This document shows, piece after piece, positions 52,400 to 64,000 of a DNA stretch of 64,000 nucleotides (positions are counted from its first letter, which is position 1; the number at the start of each line of letters is the position of its first letter). The stretch spans positions 30,132,001-30,196,000 of the forward strand of contig OX597836.1 in assembly GCA_951406725.2 (NCBI GenBank). The letters run 5' to 3'. Under the pieces are notes generated by a model, which was not told the DNA's origin, ran no database searches, and saw only the letters and a program-made list of their open reading frames with translations. This DNA is from Octopus vulgaris. Taxonomy: Eukaryota. Position numbers and translations under genes: made by a program.

Positions 52400-53142
52400 G
52401 AAGTCAAGGAGTCTCTCCAGATTGAGCTGCCACTTCTCTGCATTGAGTGTTCACAACTCTGGTACTACAGACATGTGATTAGAATGATACAGGAAAGAAT
52501 CAAGCCACGTTAACTGGTAGGATGCCTCAGGGTAGACCAGGGGCAAGATGGTTAGATAACATCCCTAGTCTTAGTTGATCATGCTTGGGAATCCAACTGA
52601 AAAGTCTAATGACAATTGCTTCTGATAGCACCCTATGTCAGGTCAGGTCAGGTCCGATGTATGCAGCATCGGATCCTGCTACTGGTAAACTGCAAACCAG
52701 TACAACCTGTGTCAGTGGGGTAGAAAGGGCTCCTTAGCCGTAGTGAAGACAATGTCTAGGGAAATTACCTTACAACAAATCACTCGGTCCGTAGCTTAGA
52801 AATACTGGGTTGACGTCCAGCGGGAACAGCTTTGTTTCATGGAGGAAAGATCTTCTTTAGTGCTTGGTTGTGCAATGCTTTCCAATGTGTGTAGTAGTGG
52901 CGCGCACACACATTATTAGCCATTTGAAAAGACTATGGAATTTGCAATTAACTGCACCAGTGTTCCTCTTCCCCAGGGAACCAGACTTAATGGTATACCA
53001 GTGGATGTAGGTCCAGTAACATAGTAAATTCCATTGTCTCGACCACGGTCGAACAATGATGATGATGCTGATGGAGGAGGTGTCTGAGGACTTTACTCCA
53101 TGACCCTCCCTAGAATAGTGGGCAAAGAAAATAGATGGATAT
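52400..53142 (+). mobile_element. Rex3/Expander-like RTE 3' fragment split by a younger insertion (52638-53071)
   Basis: GRPGARWLDNIPSLS*SCLGI before the insert; the sequence after it (GGAGGAGGTGTCTGAGGACTTTACTCC) continues the homology to 28690-28765. Confidence 0.7.
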
Positions 53143-54133
53143 GTGAGGATGTTAATATAAAGGAAATGAAACCTGGATGCTATTTCTAGCAGGCACACTG
53201 ACCAAAGGGAAACTCACTCATTAGCTTGTATCCTCTTTGTTTTTATGTTGTAGGATATAATATAAGGTAAATATGAGCAGCTATTTCTAGCAGGCAAACC
53301 AACCATGTACGAGTTCCCTCGTTAGTTCCAGAAAATTGATATATGGTTAGATGGTAAGATTAAATTGAAAATTAATTTCAAACCATATATTCTCATGCTA
53401 CATTTAGAAATACTAAAGGAAACTTTGCTATTTCGTTAAAAAATTAAAAATGAACTAAAAATTGATTAATACAAATGTATTAAGAAGGAAATATTAAAAT
53501 AAAGAAGACCACTTAATTACAAAAAGAGAAACCCAAAAAAAACAAAGCAAATCTACTGAATATTCAAAAGTAATGAGTGAAAAATATGTTAACTTAATCT
53601 TGTTATTGATTTTGGTCTTAGATTAATTAATTAAAGAATAAGTTTAAATAACGAGTAGAGTAAGTAATTAGAAATACTGAGATAACGAATCAAGGGAACT
53701 ATTATGAAATCACATGACATGCTAGAAGCAACAGCCAAATTTCTCTAAAATTATACTCAATTACCTAAAATGGAATGCAAATGGATTGGATAAGTATAAA
53801 CCTTGATACATAGAAAGAGGGGATGGCCATGGCTGGAATGCTTTTGATTAGGTATCTTCAATCATGGCAGATGAACTAGGGCTAAACCTCTTACACAGTA
53901 TATGAGCCTACAAGGAAACTACTATGAGCTCTAAGATCTTGCTGCTATTTCTGGTTGGCATGCCAGAAAGGTGCCAAGGACTCAATGTTCGGGAGTCTTA
54001 GACTAGTTGCAAAGGAAAGAAAAATTGTTGCTAGAAAATCATCCAGAAACTGCTGAGAAAGCTATCCATTACATTTAGCTCAAAAGTGCATTTGGGATGG
54101 TAGAAACATCTGGTCCAGATGTTTCTACCATCT

Positions 54134-54362
54134 AAGGTGGGGAGTTGGCAGAAACGTTAAGACGATGGGCAAAATGCTTAGCGGTATTTCGTCTGCCATT
54201 ACGTTCTGAGTTCAAATTCTGCCGAGGTCGACTTTGCTTTTCATCCTTTCGGAGTCGATAAATTAAGTACCAGTTACGCACTGGGGTCGATGTAATTGAC
54301 TTAGTCCCTTATTCTGTCCTTGTTTGTCCCTTCTATGTTTAGCCCCTAGTGGGCAGTAAGAA
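54134..54362 (+). mobile_element. Meta-domain SINE, full length
   Basis: Colinear with 3692-3922. Confidence 0.9.
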
Positions 54363-55283
54363 ACATCCAGTCCAGAGTTGCAACATCTGACTCAACAAAG
54401 CTCATACTGTTGTAAGAGATTTGTCACCAATATTGGTGGGTTGCCCTAGGCAGGTTTGGTGTCATGGTGGAATTGACTGAAACACCTACAGAAAACAGAC
54501 ATTAAATGAGGATGAAGATGGTAATGATGATGATGAATGATGGTTTTGTGGTACAGTACATCTGAGATTTGATAAATTTGTATGCAATTAGACATGTAAC
54601 TAACGGCATGCAATATGATATTTAATAGCTAACCAAACATAGTGTGCCATGGAAAAATTTTATGTGTGGCAATGAAAACTTGCTTTGTAACCAAATGGTT
54701 TTAGGTTCTATCTCACAGTGTAGCACCTTGGGCAAGAGTCTTCTATAATTATAGGTTGACCAATGTCTTGTGAGTCAAGCTGTATACATGCCCATTTTGG
54801 TGCATGTGTGGTCATGTATTCCTGCATGTATGAATGTATATTTCTGCTTGCCCTCACTTTGTGTCTTTTTATGCAATGATGGTAATCCTATATTTTTCCA
54901 GTATTCGAGTTGAATTTTTCAGATAAAAATTTCCAGGCCAAAATAGATAGGCTTACTTATACACCAAAACGACTTTAGCAGACCAAAAATTCCATGTGAA
55001 ATACAACAGGATTTGGAAAGATAGTGATGATATTTGAATGTTTACACAATATACTAAGTTGGCTTATATTCTGGAAAATATGGCGTGTTTGCATCACCTG
55101 TAAATAATACATCTTGTAGCTTATCAGTTTTCATGTGTGAAAACCAGGGGAATAAAAAATGCCTTTCTTGGGAAATAGGTAATGGTTAGCAGACATCCAG
55201 ACAAAATATATTGCCTCAGTAAGTCCCAACTAACACATGAATGACAGCATGGAAGCAGCAAACATAAAAACAACGACTGTGGC

Positions 55284-55323
<40 letters not shown>

Positions 55324-57030
55324 GTGGTGGTGATGATGATCATAATGATGATGATGATATGTTACTAATGTGAAAAGTTTGGAATGCTCAAGTCTATCAA
55401 ATCCTTCTTTACCTTTATTTCAAGAGAGTAGGGCGTGATTCAAGGGAGATTTCAGATGCTATTCCTAGCACATTTAAGCAATTGTGTGGAGGCTCCCACA
55501 TGCTAATATTTTTTGAAACAGGAATGAAATGATCTCTGCAGGTGTGGAGCACACCGTCTGCAGAAATTATTGCACTTTTTAGTATTTTAAGTGCACATTT
55601 AGTTTCTTAGGACAGCTCTCATTGACAACTGTGAAATTCTTCAAAAATTTAGCGAGTGGAATAATCTTGTTATATAATGACTAATGGGTCGGGAAATATT
55701 CATATTTTAACATACAAAAGCTGAGTGGTTTTCTAAATTTAAAAGCAAAGCCAGTATCTGCTGGAGACCATAAAAGGGTATTGAACAAAATAACATAAAC
55801 AATAGCTACTATCGCTATGACAATCACTCCTTGGGTTATTCTTGATATTTTAGAAGTACTTTAAGTGTATGATGTACAATGTGTGTGTGTGTATGTGTGT
55901 GTGTGTGTGTGAGAGAGAGAGGGTATAACACCATATATATACATGTATTGGAAGTTATGTTCTCACACATATTTACTGAATATGATATTAAAGTGTATAA
56001 AATAATATACATTAATGTTAAAATATATATGGTATGATGCACACATACACACTTAAAAGTGATGTTAACATGTATAATGCAATAATGCACATAATAAAAT
56101 GTCTTATATGCTAACCAAGCATTTTAGAGAGTAAGATCTATAATGCATTATACAGATGTGTGTATATACACACACACACACACAATATAAAGTGATGTTA
56201 ACATGTATAATGCATAAAATATTTAAGATATTTCACTGAATAAGAATAGAAGTTATTCTAGAAATTACCAATAATTCTACTTTCTGTTTTATTATATTTA
56301 AAACAAAAATTAATGAAATTAAATGGAGGAAAAAATATATAAATAAATGTAAGTGGTTCATTAACAAATTAAATTTTCAAAGAATTAAATTTTAATAATA
56401 AAAATAGTGAGAAATTGCTGCAAGAGATGGAAATTACTTGTTGTGTTGTTAACAAGATTCCTTAGATTTTATAGAAAGAAGCAAACTACAAAAGTTTATG
56501 ATATATTTTTCTGCAAGTGCGTGTGTGTGTGTGTAAGCATGCGCTCTCCAGCGCTTCAATGGATGTTCTTTTTTGATCAAAATAGATGTTCTTCTTCAAG
56601 AAACAGCATGGTGTAAGGGGCTGATGTTTATCTCAGGCTTTCCAGCATATTAAGTGAATGAAACTTGATTAAAAGACATTCAAACTCTGACTATCCTCTT
56701 TGTTTTTTTGCCACCTAAGGATAGAAATAACATGACCCAATCAATGTGTCCTTCCTTTATTTAAGACAACTGAAAGTAAGGTTTTATTATTTTTGTTTTT
56801 TAGAGAGATTTAGTGTTATTTCTAGCAGATCAAGCAGCTGCATAGATCAATCATATTCAAACTGTGGCCTGCAGGGCTTTCTGAAAGGCACACCTAATGA
56901 AACATTGCTTTGAATTTTTTTTTCCTTTTAATAGTGTGACTTGCCTGATGAAGAGCCATGTCACATGCAGTCTGCTTCTTGAAAAAGGTTGCACATGTCG
57001 GGTATAGAATATTGGCTTCCAACCGGGGTT

Positions 57031-57228
57031 GTAGGAGGGGATCCTGAAAAGTTCCTGATTTTGGGCAAAAGAAAATACAGGAGGACCAGTTCCCCTCTGA
57101 GATTCACACCTTAAAGCAGCAGTCCTTCAGTTTTACTAAACCATGTAAAAGAATTCAGAAACCTGGGGACTCCAACCAGGCCTTTCACGATACTCTTAAA
57201 GCCAGGAACTTTTCAGCAGCCCCTCATA
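57031..57228 (-). mobile_element. Mariner-derived MITE
   Basis: CTGAAAAGTTCCTG ... AGCCAGGAACTTTTCAGC TIRs. Confidence 0.75.
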
Positions 57229-59299
57229 GTGCCACCTTAGAGTATTACAGACACACACACACATATATACAATGGGTTTTACAGTTTCCATCTACCAAGT
57301 TCACTTATAAGGCTTTGGTTAGCCTGGGGCTATAGAAGAAAACACGTGCCCAAAGTACCACGCAGTCACACTGAATCCAAAAAAGCAGGTGGTTGCAAAG
57401 CAAACTTCTTAACCACACAGCCATGTCTGACTCTATATCTTGACATTATCAAAAACATGAATATTTTAAACAAGAGGTTTTATATTGTTGGATCAGATGT
57501 GATGGTCTCAGGTGTGTTGGTATTAATTAAAAGGATTAACCGTTTCAAGAAGGACATTGGCTTATGTGCTTTATTTTATTGTGAGAATAATCAACAATTT
57601 GAAGATGATTTAGTAAAAATAGACGATTTTGTGCCTGAGGCATGTTAATAAAAAAAAACATGGTTTGAATTGAAATTTGTGGAATCTTTGTGTGAAAAAC
57701 AAATTGACAAAAATGACAAGGCTATCATAATTTCTATGTCTGCTTTTTCATGCTAGCATAAGTTGAACAAGACTTCTTGCAATACTGTTCAACATCCAGA
57801 TGCTCTTCCTGATACATCATCATCATTATGATTTAACGTCTGTTTCCCATGCTGGCATGGGTTGGATGGCTTGACAGAAGCTGGCAAGGCCAGGCACCAC
57901 ACCAGGTTCCATTGTCTGTTTTGGCATGGTTTCTATAGCTGGTGCCCTTCCTCATGCCAACCACTTTATAGAATGTACTGGGTACTTTTTAGATGGCACC
58001 ATCACCACCGCTTTTTAGGTGGCACCAGCACCAATACTTTTTATGTGACACCTTGGTTTTAGGACATCAAGATCAAATTATTCTTTTTCAGAATGGTGAA
58101 TATTGAAGCAGATAAAGCTATAAATAACAGCACATAAATGCTGGGTAGAAGGCTGCCTGTAGGATTCAAAGCTGTGTCTTCTGTAATCATGACAACTGAT
58201 CTATCGTTGGACCAAAGTTTTCAACTTTTTTCTATCTAAAGAGTTTTTCTAACCCAATATTTACGTGCTATTATTTGTAGCTTTATCTGCTTCAAGAGTC
58301 ACTGTTCCAAAAAAGAATTACTTCACATTCTTGAGGTTTCTAAATTCTTATTACAGCATGAACCTTATTATCGACATCTTTATTACTCAAGCAAGATACG
58401 CCAGCTATCTTCACTTATCAAACACCAACCTGCAGGATATACATAAATAAGCATCATCACTTTTCAAGTGCTGTCAATATGAAGACGCAAAGATGCACAC
58501 ATGCATGCACATTCAAAAGACTTCCATAGACTTGCAAAACATTAATTGGTCAACGATCATCATCATCATCATTATTTAACATTCACTTTTCCAAGGAATT
58601 TGTTGAGACAACTTTTCTATGGTAGGATGCCCTTCCTGACACCAACCCTCATAAGGCGATATTTTCCCATAACTAGACATTTTTTCATAAAAGACTGGAA
58701 ATGAACAGCCTCACTTGTATGATGATGATGATTCTCATTTTCTGACCATCACCTGATATCAAGACAAAGGTACACCCAAACATCTATATACATGATGGGC
58801 TTCTTTTAGTTTCCATCTATTAAATCCACTCACAAGTCTTTGGTTAGCCTAGGGTGACAGTAGAAAACACCAACGGTTCCACACAATTGGACTGAACCCA
58901 GGACCATATGGTTGGGAAGCAAGCTTTTTAGCCACATAGCCATGCCTGAAGATATAGCAGAAAATACTTACCCAAGGTAGAATGCAGTGTGATGGAAGCT
59001 GTAACCACATGGTTGTGAAGCAAACTTCTTAACTACACAGCCATGCTTGTGCCTATCACTGAGCCAATTTCGCTCTATTTCTGTATTTTTCTGCTGCGCA
59101 GGGTCACTGACAGTTGTCTTCTTCAACACTTTGTCATAAGAAAATGCCTCAATTGCTACCAGAATAACAATGTCATTGTGTGGCAGTTGTTTGAAGAAAA
59201 TTCTAAATATAATTATTTCTTAAGAAAACAAGAATCAATAACCTTTCTTAAAGACTGAAGTATCTATCATTGCTGTAACTAGTATGCCATTCCTGTTCT

Positions 59300-59830
59300 A
59301 CCATTCTTACTTCTTCAGAACCAGCATTGAGAGTCAAGTCATATTTTCAGAATACATCTCTTTCTTTCCAAAGTCAGCCTCATTTTATTATTCAACATTC
59401 AACAACATAACACTATTATAAACATTATTTCCAATAATGTTGTGAAGAATTTGATGTATTCTGTGATAACCAATGATAACAAAACACATCACATTCATCC
59501 TGATTAAATATACTGTCAGTTCCAGTTCAATCTCTTGGGGAACATTTCTATTTCTATTTTTATTCCTATTATCCTAAAATCTATTGTAGTTATTAATTGC
59601 CGATTGTTACAACATTTCTAATTAATCTATAAATACCTCCTCCACCATTCCCTTCCCTTTCCACATCATTTCTGCTTCTATTGCCGCTTCTTTATTGTAT
59701 ATTGTTCCAGAAAATTAATCAGTCTCTCAATTATTAAGTAAATTTAGATTAGTGTCTAACTTCAATTGTTGAAGAAATCTTTCACAGATTTTAATTTTAA
59801 TACTTATACCTGCGTCTGAATTAACAGAGA
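59300..59830 (-). pseudogene. Possible very decayed LINE apurinic endonuclease fragment
   Basis: Minus-strand peptides resembling the APE motif (YTI..RND..G.GGG); heavily frameshifted. Confidence 0.25.
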
Positions 59831-60199
59831 AGACAAAGATTCAACTGACCTCTGATAAGTGGGAAGGCTCAATATGCAATAAAGAAGTAGATATGAATTC
59901 CCTATGGTGTGCCCTTACGTAAACTATGAATGCACAAGAAGAATAGTGGGATCATAGTACACCTGTACAGGAATAATTAGTATTAAGAGTACACATGGAA
60001 TAAATTCTTTTAAATGCTAGGAAGGTTTTTTTTTTGGAAGAAGTTGAAAGCTTCTGTTGCGTAACTGATTTAATTAGAAGTGAAGATAGACACTAAAAAG
60101 CATCATAGTAGAACAAAGTGGGAAAAGTTCAGGAAATTATTATTTCGATTGTCAACAAAAGAATTCCAGCCCACCTCTCTTGAGTGCAGATTGCATGAT

Positions 60200-60635
60200 C
60201 CTTGGGTATGTAGTGCAGTGTTGCATGATAGCAACCATGGGCTTTGAAAGAAATGCAGGGAGCAGGGTTTGTTGGGTCTGTAATATTAGTGTGCATGAAG
60301 AGCAGAGCAAAAATAAGCTAAGAGAAAGAATGGGTATAAGGGAAATCGGATGTAGTGTTTCAGAGATAAGACTGCACTGGTATGGATACGTGATGCATAT
60401 GGAGGCTGACAGAGTGGTTAGAGAAGTGTCAAGTAATCCAAATGGGAAGAACCTGCAGAATGGAAGATCAAAAAAGATTTGGGAAGAAGTGATGAAAGCT
60501 GGTCTCAGGAGACTAAACTTCATGAAGGAGATGACAAAGGACAACCACAACTGGTGAGAAGATGTGCTGAAGAAGACCCATGTAGCCTGTGCAGGCATGG
60601 AAAAAAACGACAGATGTATAACGATGATGGATGAT
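60200..60635 (+). pseudogene. RTE-clade LINE 3' end with (GAT)n tail
   Basis: LRERMGI...RLHWYGYVMHME...GRSKKIWEEV, then tail GCATGGAAAAAACGAC...GATGATG. Confidence 0.8.
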
Positions 60636-61305
60636 ATATAAATAAATTTTTGCTTGTACCAAATCATTTTCTTTTATCTGGTTTAACATTTTTCACAATT
60701 TCTGTTTACTTCTTCCCAAACTTATCAACATTCCATTGAAAGCTGGTTAACAGTGATAAAATCTGCTGCATACGGGATATCACTTTAACTTCTCCAAAAA
60801 TAATATAAGCAGCTGCCAAAAGAAAGCATAATACTACTTGATGATGTTGTCAGAACTATACAAGAAGACCTAAGCTGTACTAAAGCAATGATTCCAGCTC
60901 CAATTTATTGAACCCGTTCATCACCAAATTTCTAATGAATACACTGTTTATAAGTTTTGATAAATTTTGAATAATCAGAAAAGCAATTCAGTAAAATAAT
61001 TAATATTTTCATTTGAAGAGTTATCAAATTGGTTTGCCATGAAGAACAAAGGAACTGAAAGTTTTGGGCACTGGCTTTTCATTTTTGGTTTTTGCGGGCA
61101 TGGCTGTGTGGTTAGGGAGCTTGCTTCCTAGCTACATGGTTTCAGGTTCAGTCCCATTGCGTGGCACTTTGGGCAGGTGTCTTCTACTATAGTCCCGAGC
61201 TGATCGAAGCTTTGTGATTGAATTTGGTAGGCGGAAGTTACTGCCGTGTGTGTATATGTGCGTATAGCTGCTTTGTGCCTCCCTGAAAGAGAGCTCTAAG
61301 TTAGT

Positions 61306-61535
61306 TTAACCCTTTAGTGTTCGCATTATTCTGCCAAAATTAATCCTTTTTTATCCACATTGTTTTGAACAAATCATTCATTAATCTTGTAGCTATGAGA
61401 TTTTGATGAGGTAGCTGTTAATTTTTAAGATGAGATTGTAGGGTTGGTGTGAGAGACCAGATATGGCCAGTTTGAACATAAAACAAGCAGAATACTTTTG
61501 GCCGGATATGGCCGGTTTAAATGCTAAAGGGTTAA
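61306..61535. mobile_element. piggyBac-like MITE
   Basis: TTAA-CCCTTTAG ... CTAAAGGG-TTAA. Confidence 0.8.
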
Positions 61536-61789
61536 ATCTAACTTAACCTACAATTGAAGGTAATCAAACAATCCCCTATTTCTTGATAAGTTGCAAGCAG
61601 GTTGTCATATGCAGTTCTCCTGTCATACAATTACAGCAGCTAAGCAAATAGTGCCATAGTTTCAAGGATGAAGGTGGGATGAAGTGTTACGAAAGTAAGT
61701 TGTGAGGAAAGACTGACAAGGACAGATTAGGCACAGGGTTATAGACATTAACAATGTGCTTTTAGGACCTTGGTTTTTTTTTTTACTGA

Positions 61790-62410
61790 GATGGATGGGC
61801 CTTTCCAAATGTAGCAAATCACCAATTATCTCGATCCTTTGTGGTCTCTTCTGTGAGGTTCAACATTTTCAGATTGGTCTTCATTACTTCATTCCACACC
61901 TTCCTGGGTCTCTGTCTTCCACAAGTTCCATCCACATTTAGCAACTGGTACATTTCATGCACATCTTCCTGGGTCTCTGTCTTCCACAAGTTCCATCTAC
62001 ATTTAGCAACTGGTACATTTTATGCAGCAGCCCTCATCCATCTGCATTACATGATAAAACCAACTGTCTTCTCTCTTGCACACTACATCTGACACATCTT
62101 ATGATCAATTTTTCTCTCAATACATTTTCCCTTTGTCCTACATGCACACTAACATTGCATTTTCAGCAGAGCATGCTAGTTTCCTTTCTTTCTAGTTTAT
62201 ACATTTATGGTCCATGTTTCACTATCATGTTCCATTACTGTTTGTACACTATCAACATACAATCTGCCTTTCACTCTGAGAGAAAGGTCTTTTGTTATCA
62301 ACAGAAACAATAACTTCCTCAACTTTCACCAACCATTTGATATGCTAGCAATTATGCTTTCAGAACATCCTCCTCCACTGCAAATTAGGTCACCTTGCTA
62401 AAATAATGAG
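61790..62410 (-). pseudogene. RTE-clade LINE 3' fragment with a 65-bp tandem duplication (61895-62024)
   Basis: Minus-strand peptides GDLICSGGGCSESII and GRQRPRKVWNEVMKT; homologous to 60200-60635. Confidence 0.75.
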
Positions 62411-62702
62411 CTGTCAAAAGTGCAAATATGCAAATTAGGGTATCCACAATGGTGCGACAAGTGTAGCAGCTGAATGCAATATGCTATTGATTGGTGAAGA
62501 AAACTGGGTATGTCTTCCCTGATGAGTGGTTGATAAACTGTTAAATAGTTCATCAGGAGATCCTCCTCTCTTATCTTTCTGCACATCAAAAGTAGTGAAT
62601 TCACCTGCTCTGCAATATCTAAGAGAGACGGGGAGAAAGGGAGAGAGCATAGACAAGAGATGTTAAATGATGAGGATGATGATATATGTATATATATATA
62701 TA

Positions 62703-63090
62703 TTCTTTTATTCTTCTACTTGTTTCAGTCATTTGATTGTGGCCATGCTGGAACACTATCTTGAAGGGTCTTAGTTGAATGAATTAACCCCAGGACTTTT
62801 TTTTAAAGCCTAATACTTATTCCATTGGTTTCTTTTGCCAAACTGCTAAGTTACAGGAACATAAACACACCAACACCGGTTGTCAAATGCTGATTGAAGG
62901 ACAAACACAGACACAACAATACACATGATAGGCTTCTTTCAGTTTCTGTCTACCAAATCCACACACAATAGTTTGGTTGGCACAAGGCTATAGTAGAGGA
63001 CACTTTCCCAAGGTGCTACGCAGTGGGACTGAACCCAGAACCATGTGGTTGGAAAGCAAGCTTCTTACTACACAGCCATGCCCATACCTA
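62703..63090 (-). mobile_element. CORE-type SINE, family A
   Basis: Colinear reverse complement of 514-927. Confidence 0.85.
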
Positions 63091-63807
63091 TATATATATA
63101 TATATATACTCTTGACAGCAAGAATTTAGAAGCTTGAAAAGTGTGAATTCTTTTTAGGAATGATGGATCTCAAAGCATGTAAGTATTGGATTCAAAACCT
63201 TCCCTATAGAAAATGTTGAAGGCTGCCCTAAAAAGAACACATACACACTTAAATCCTAGCAGTTTGTATTAAATAATTTGGCAGCTGAACTGAAGGGAAG
63301 GCATGAGTAATATGAATAATGCTGAATTAGCTTTTGCACAACAAAACTGTTTACAATATGGGGCAGTGGACAGGATGCATAGAAGTAAACAGATTTAGAA
63401 TTTCCTCAAATGTAGACAATTCCCACCTACACATTTGTTGAAACTAAACCCTGGCATTCTTCAATGGCGAGACAGTAAGCTAAGATGGAGACTAGATGGA
63501 GATTTGGCTGCTCACTTTTGGCAAGAGAAGCAACTAAGTGGAAATACCTTTGAAAGAAATGTAGTTATATTAAAGAAGTGATGATTGCAAAAAAAAAACA
63601 AAAAAAAACTTCAGTTTAGCCAAGGGCTGATTTTGGGGTAAAAAAAAATTCCTGATTAGATGGTAGATATGCCTTATGTTTCACACATGCACATCACACA
63701 CATATACACTGATACACATTGATAAGAATATATTTAGGGTAATAATTGTGAAATTAAATAGCTAAATAACAAGGATATTAAGACTGAAGAGAAAGGATAT
63801 TTGCTGT

Positions 63808-64000
63808 AGGAGTAGCTGTGTGATAAGTAGCTTGCTTACCAACCACATGGTTCTGGGTTCAGTCCCACTGTGTGGTGCCTTGGGCAAGGGTGTTCAGGCC
63901 GACCAAATCCTTGTGAGTGGATTTGGTAGACAGAAACTGAAAGACGCCCGTCATATATATGTATATATATATATATGTGTGTATGTTTGTCCCCCCAGCA
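63808..64000 (+). mobile_element. CORE-type SINE, family A, cut by the window end
   Basis: Head and CORE as in 514-927. Confidence 0.85.

Noticed and set aside
52675-52740. Twister or HDV fold at the 5' end of the RTE-derived insert
   Set aside because: Conserved core nucleotides and pseudoknots could not be placed.
55535-55564. Small hairpin TCTGCAG-GTGTG...CACAC-CGT-CTGCAGA
   Set aside because: Too short and isolated to distinguish from chance.

Overview
AT-rich (intronic/intergenic) animal DNA, most likely from an octopus or other coleoid cephalopod. That assignment is inferred from the repeat families, not from a gene. No multi-exon protein-coding gene can be supported: nearly all listed ORFs are microsatellite or SINE artefacts, and there is one weak candidate exon at 33735-34020 (-). 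The window is a mosaic of at least three tRNA-derived SINE families (CORE-type, Meta-domain type, tRNA-Arg-like), decayed LINEs (R4/Dong RT, RTE/Rex3-like, Penelope GIY-YIG), Tc1/mariner elements (mariner, DD37D maT, Tc2), piggyBac- and hAT-like MITEs, a Helitron and many microsatellites. Most notable: (1) an abundant ~210-nt SINE-like repeat with no tRNA head whose 5' end folds like an HDV-type self-cleaving ribozyme; (2) about six minimal Penelope-type hammerhead motifs, two with a CCGANGA core and one back-to-back inverted pair; (3) a 5S rRNA head fused to a Meta-domain SINE body; (4) a perfect palindromic ERE in unique sequence; (5) a SINE insertion with an inverted target duplication. All alignments and folds were done by eye, so repeat boundaries are approximate.
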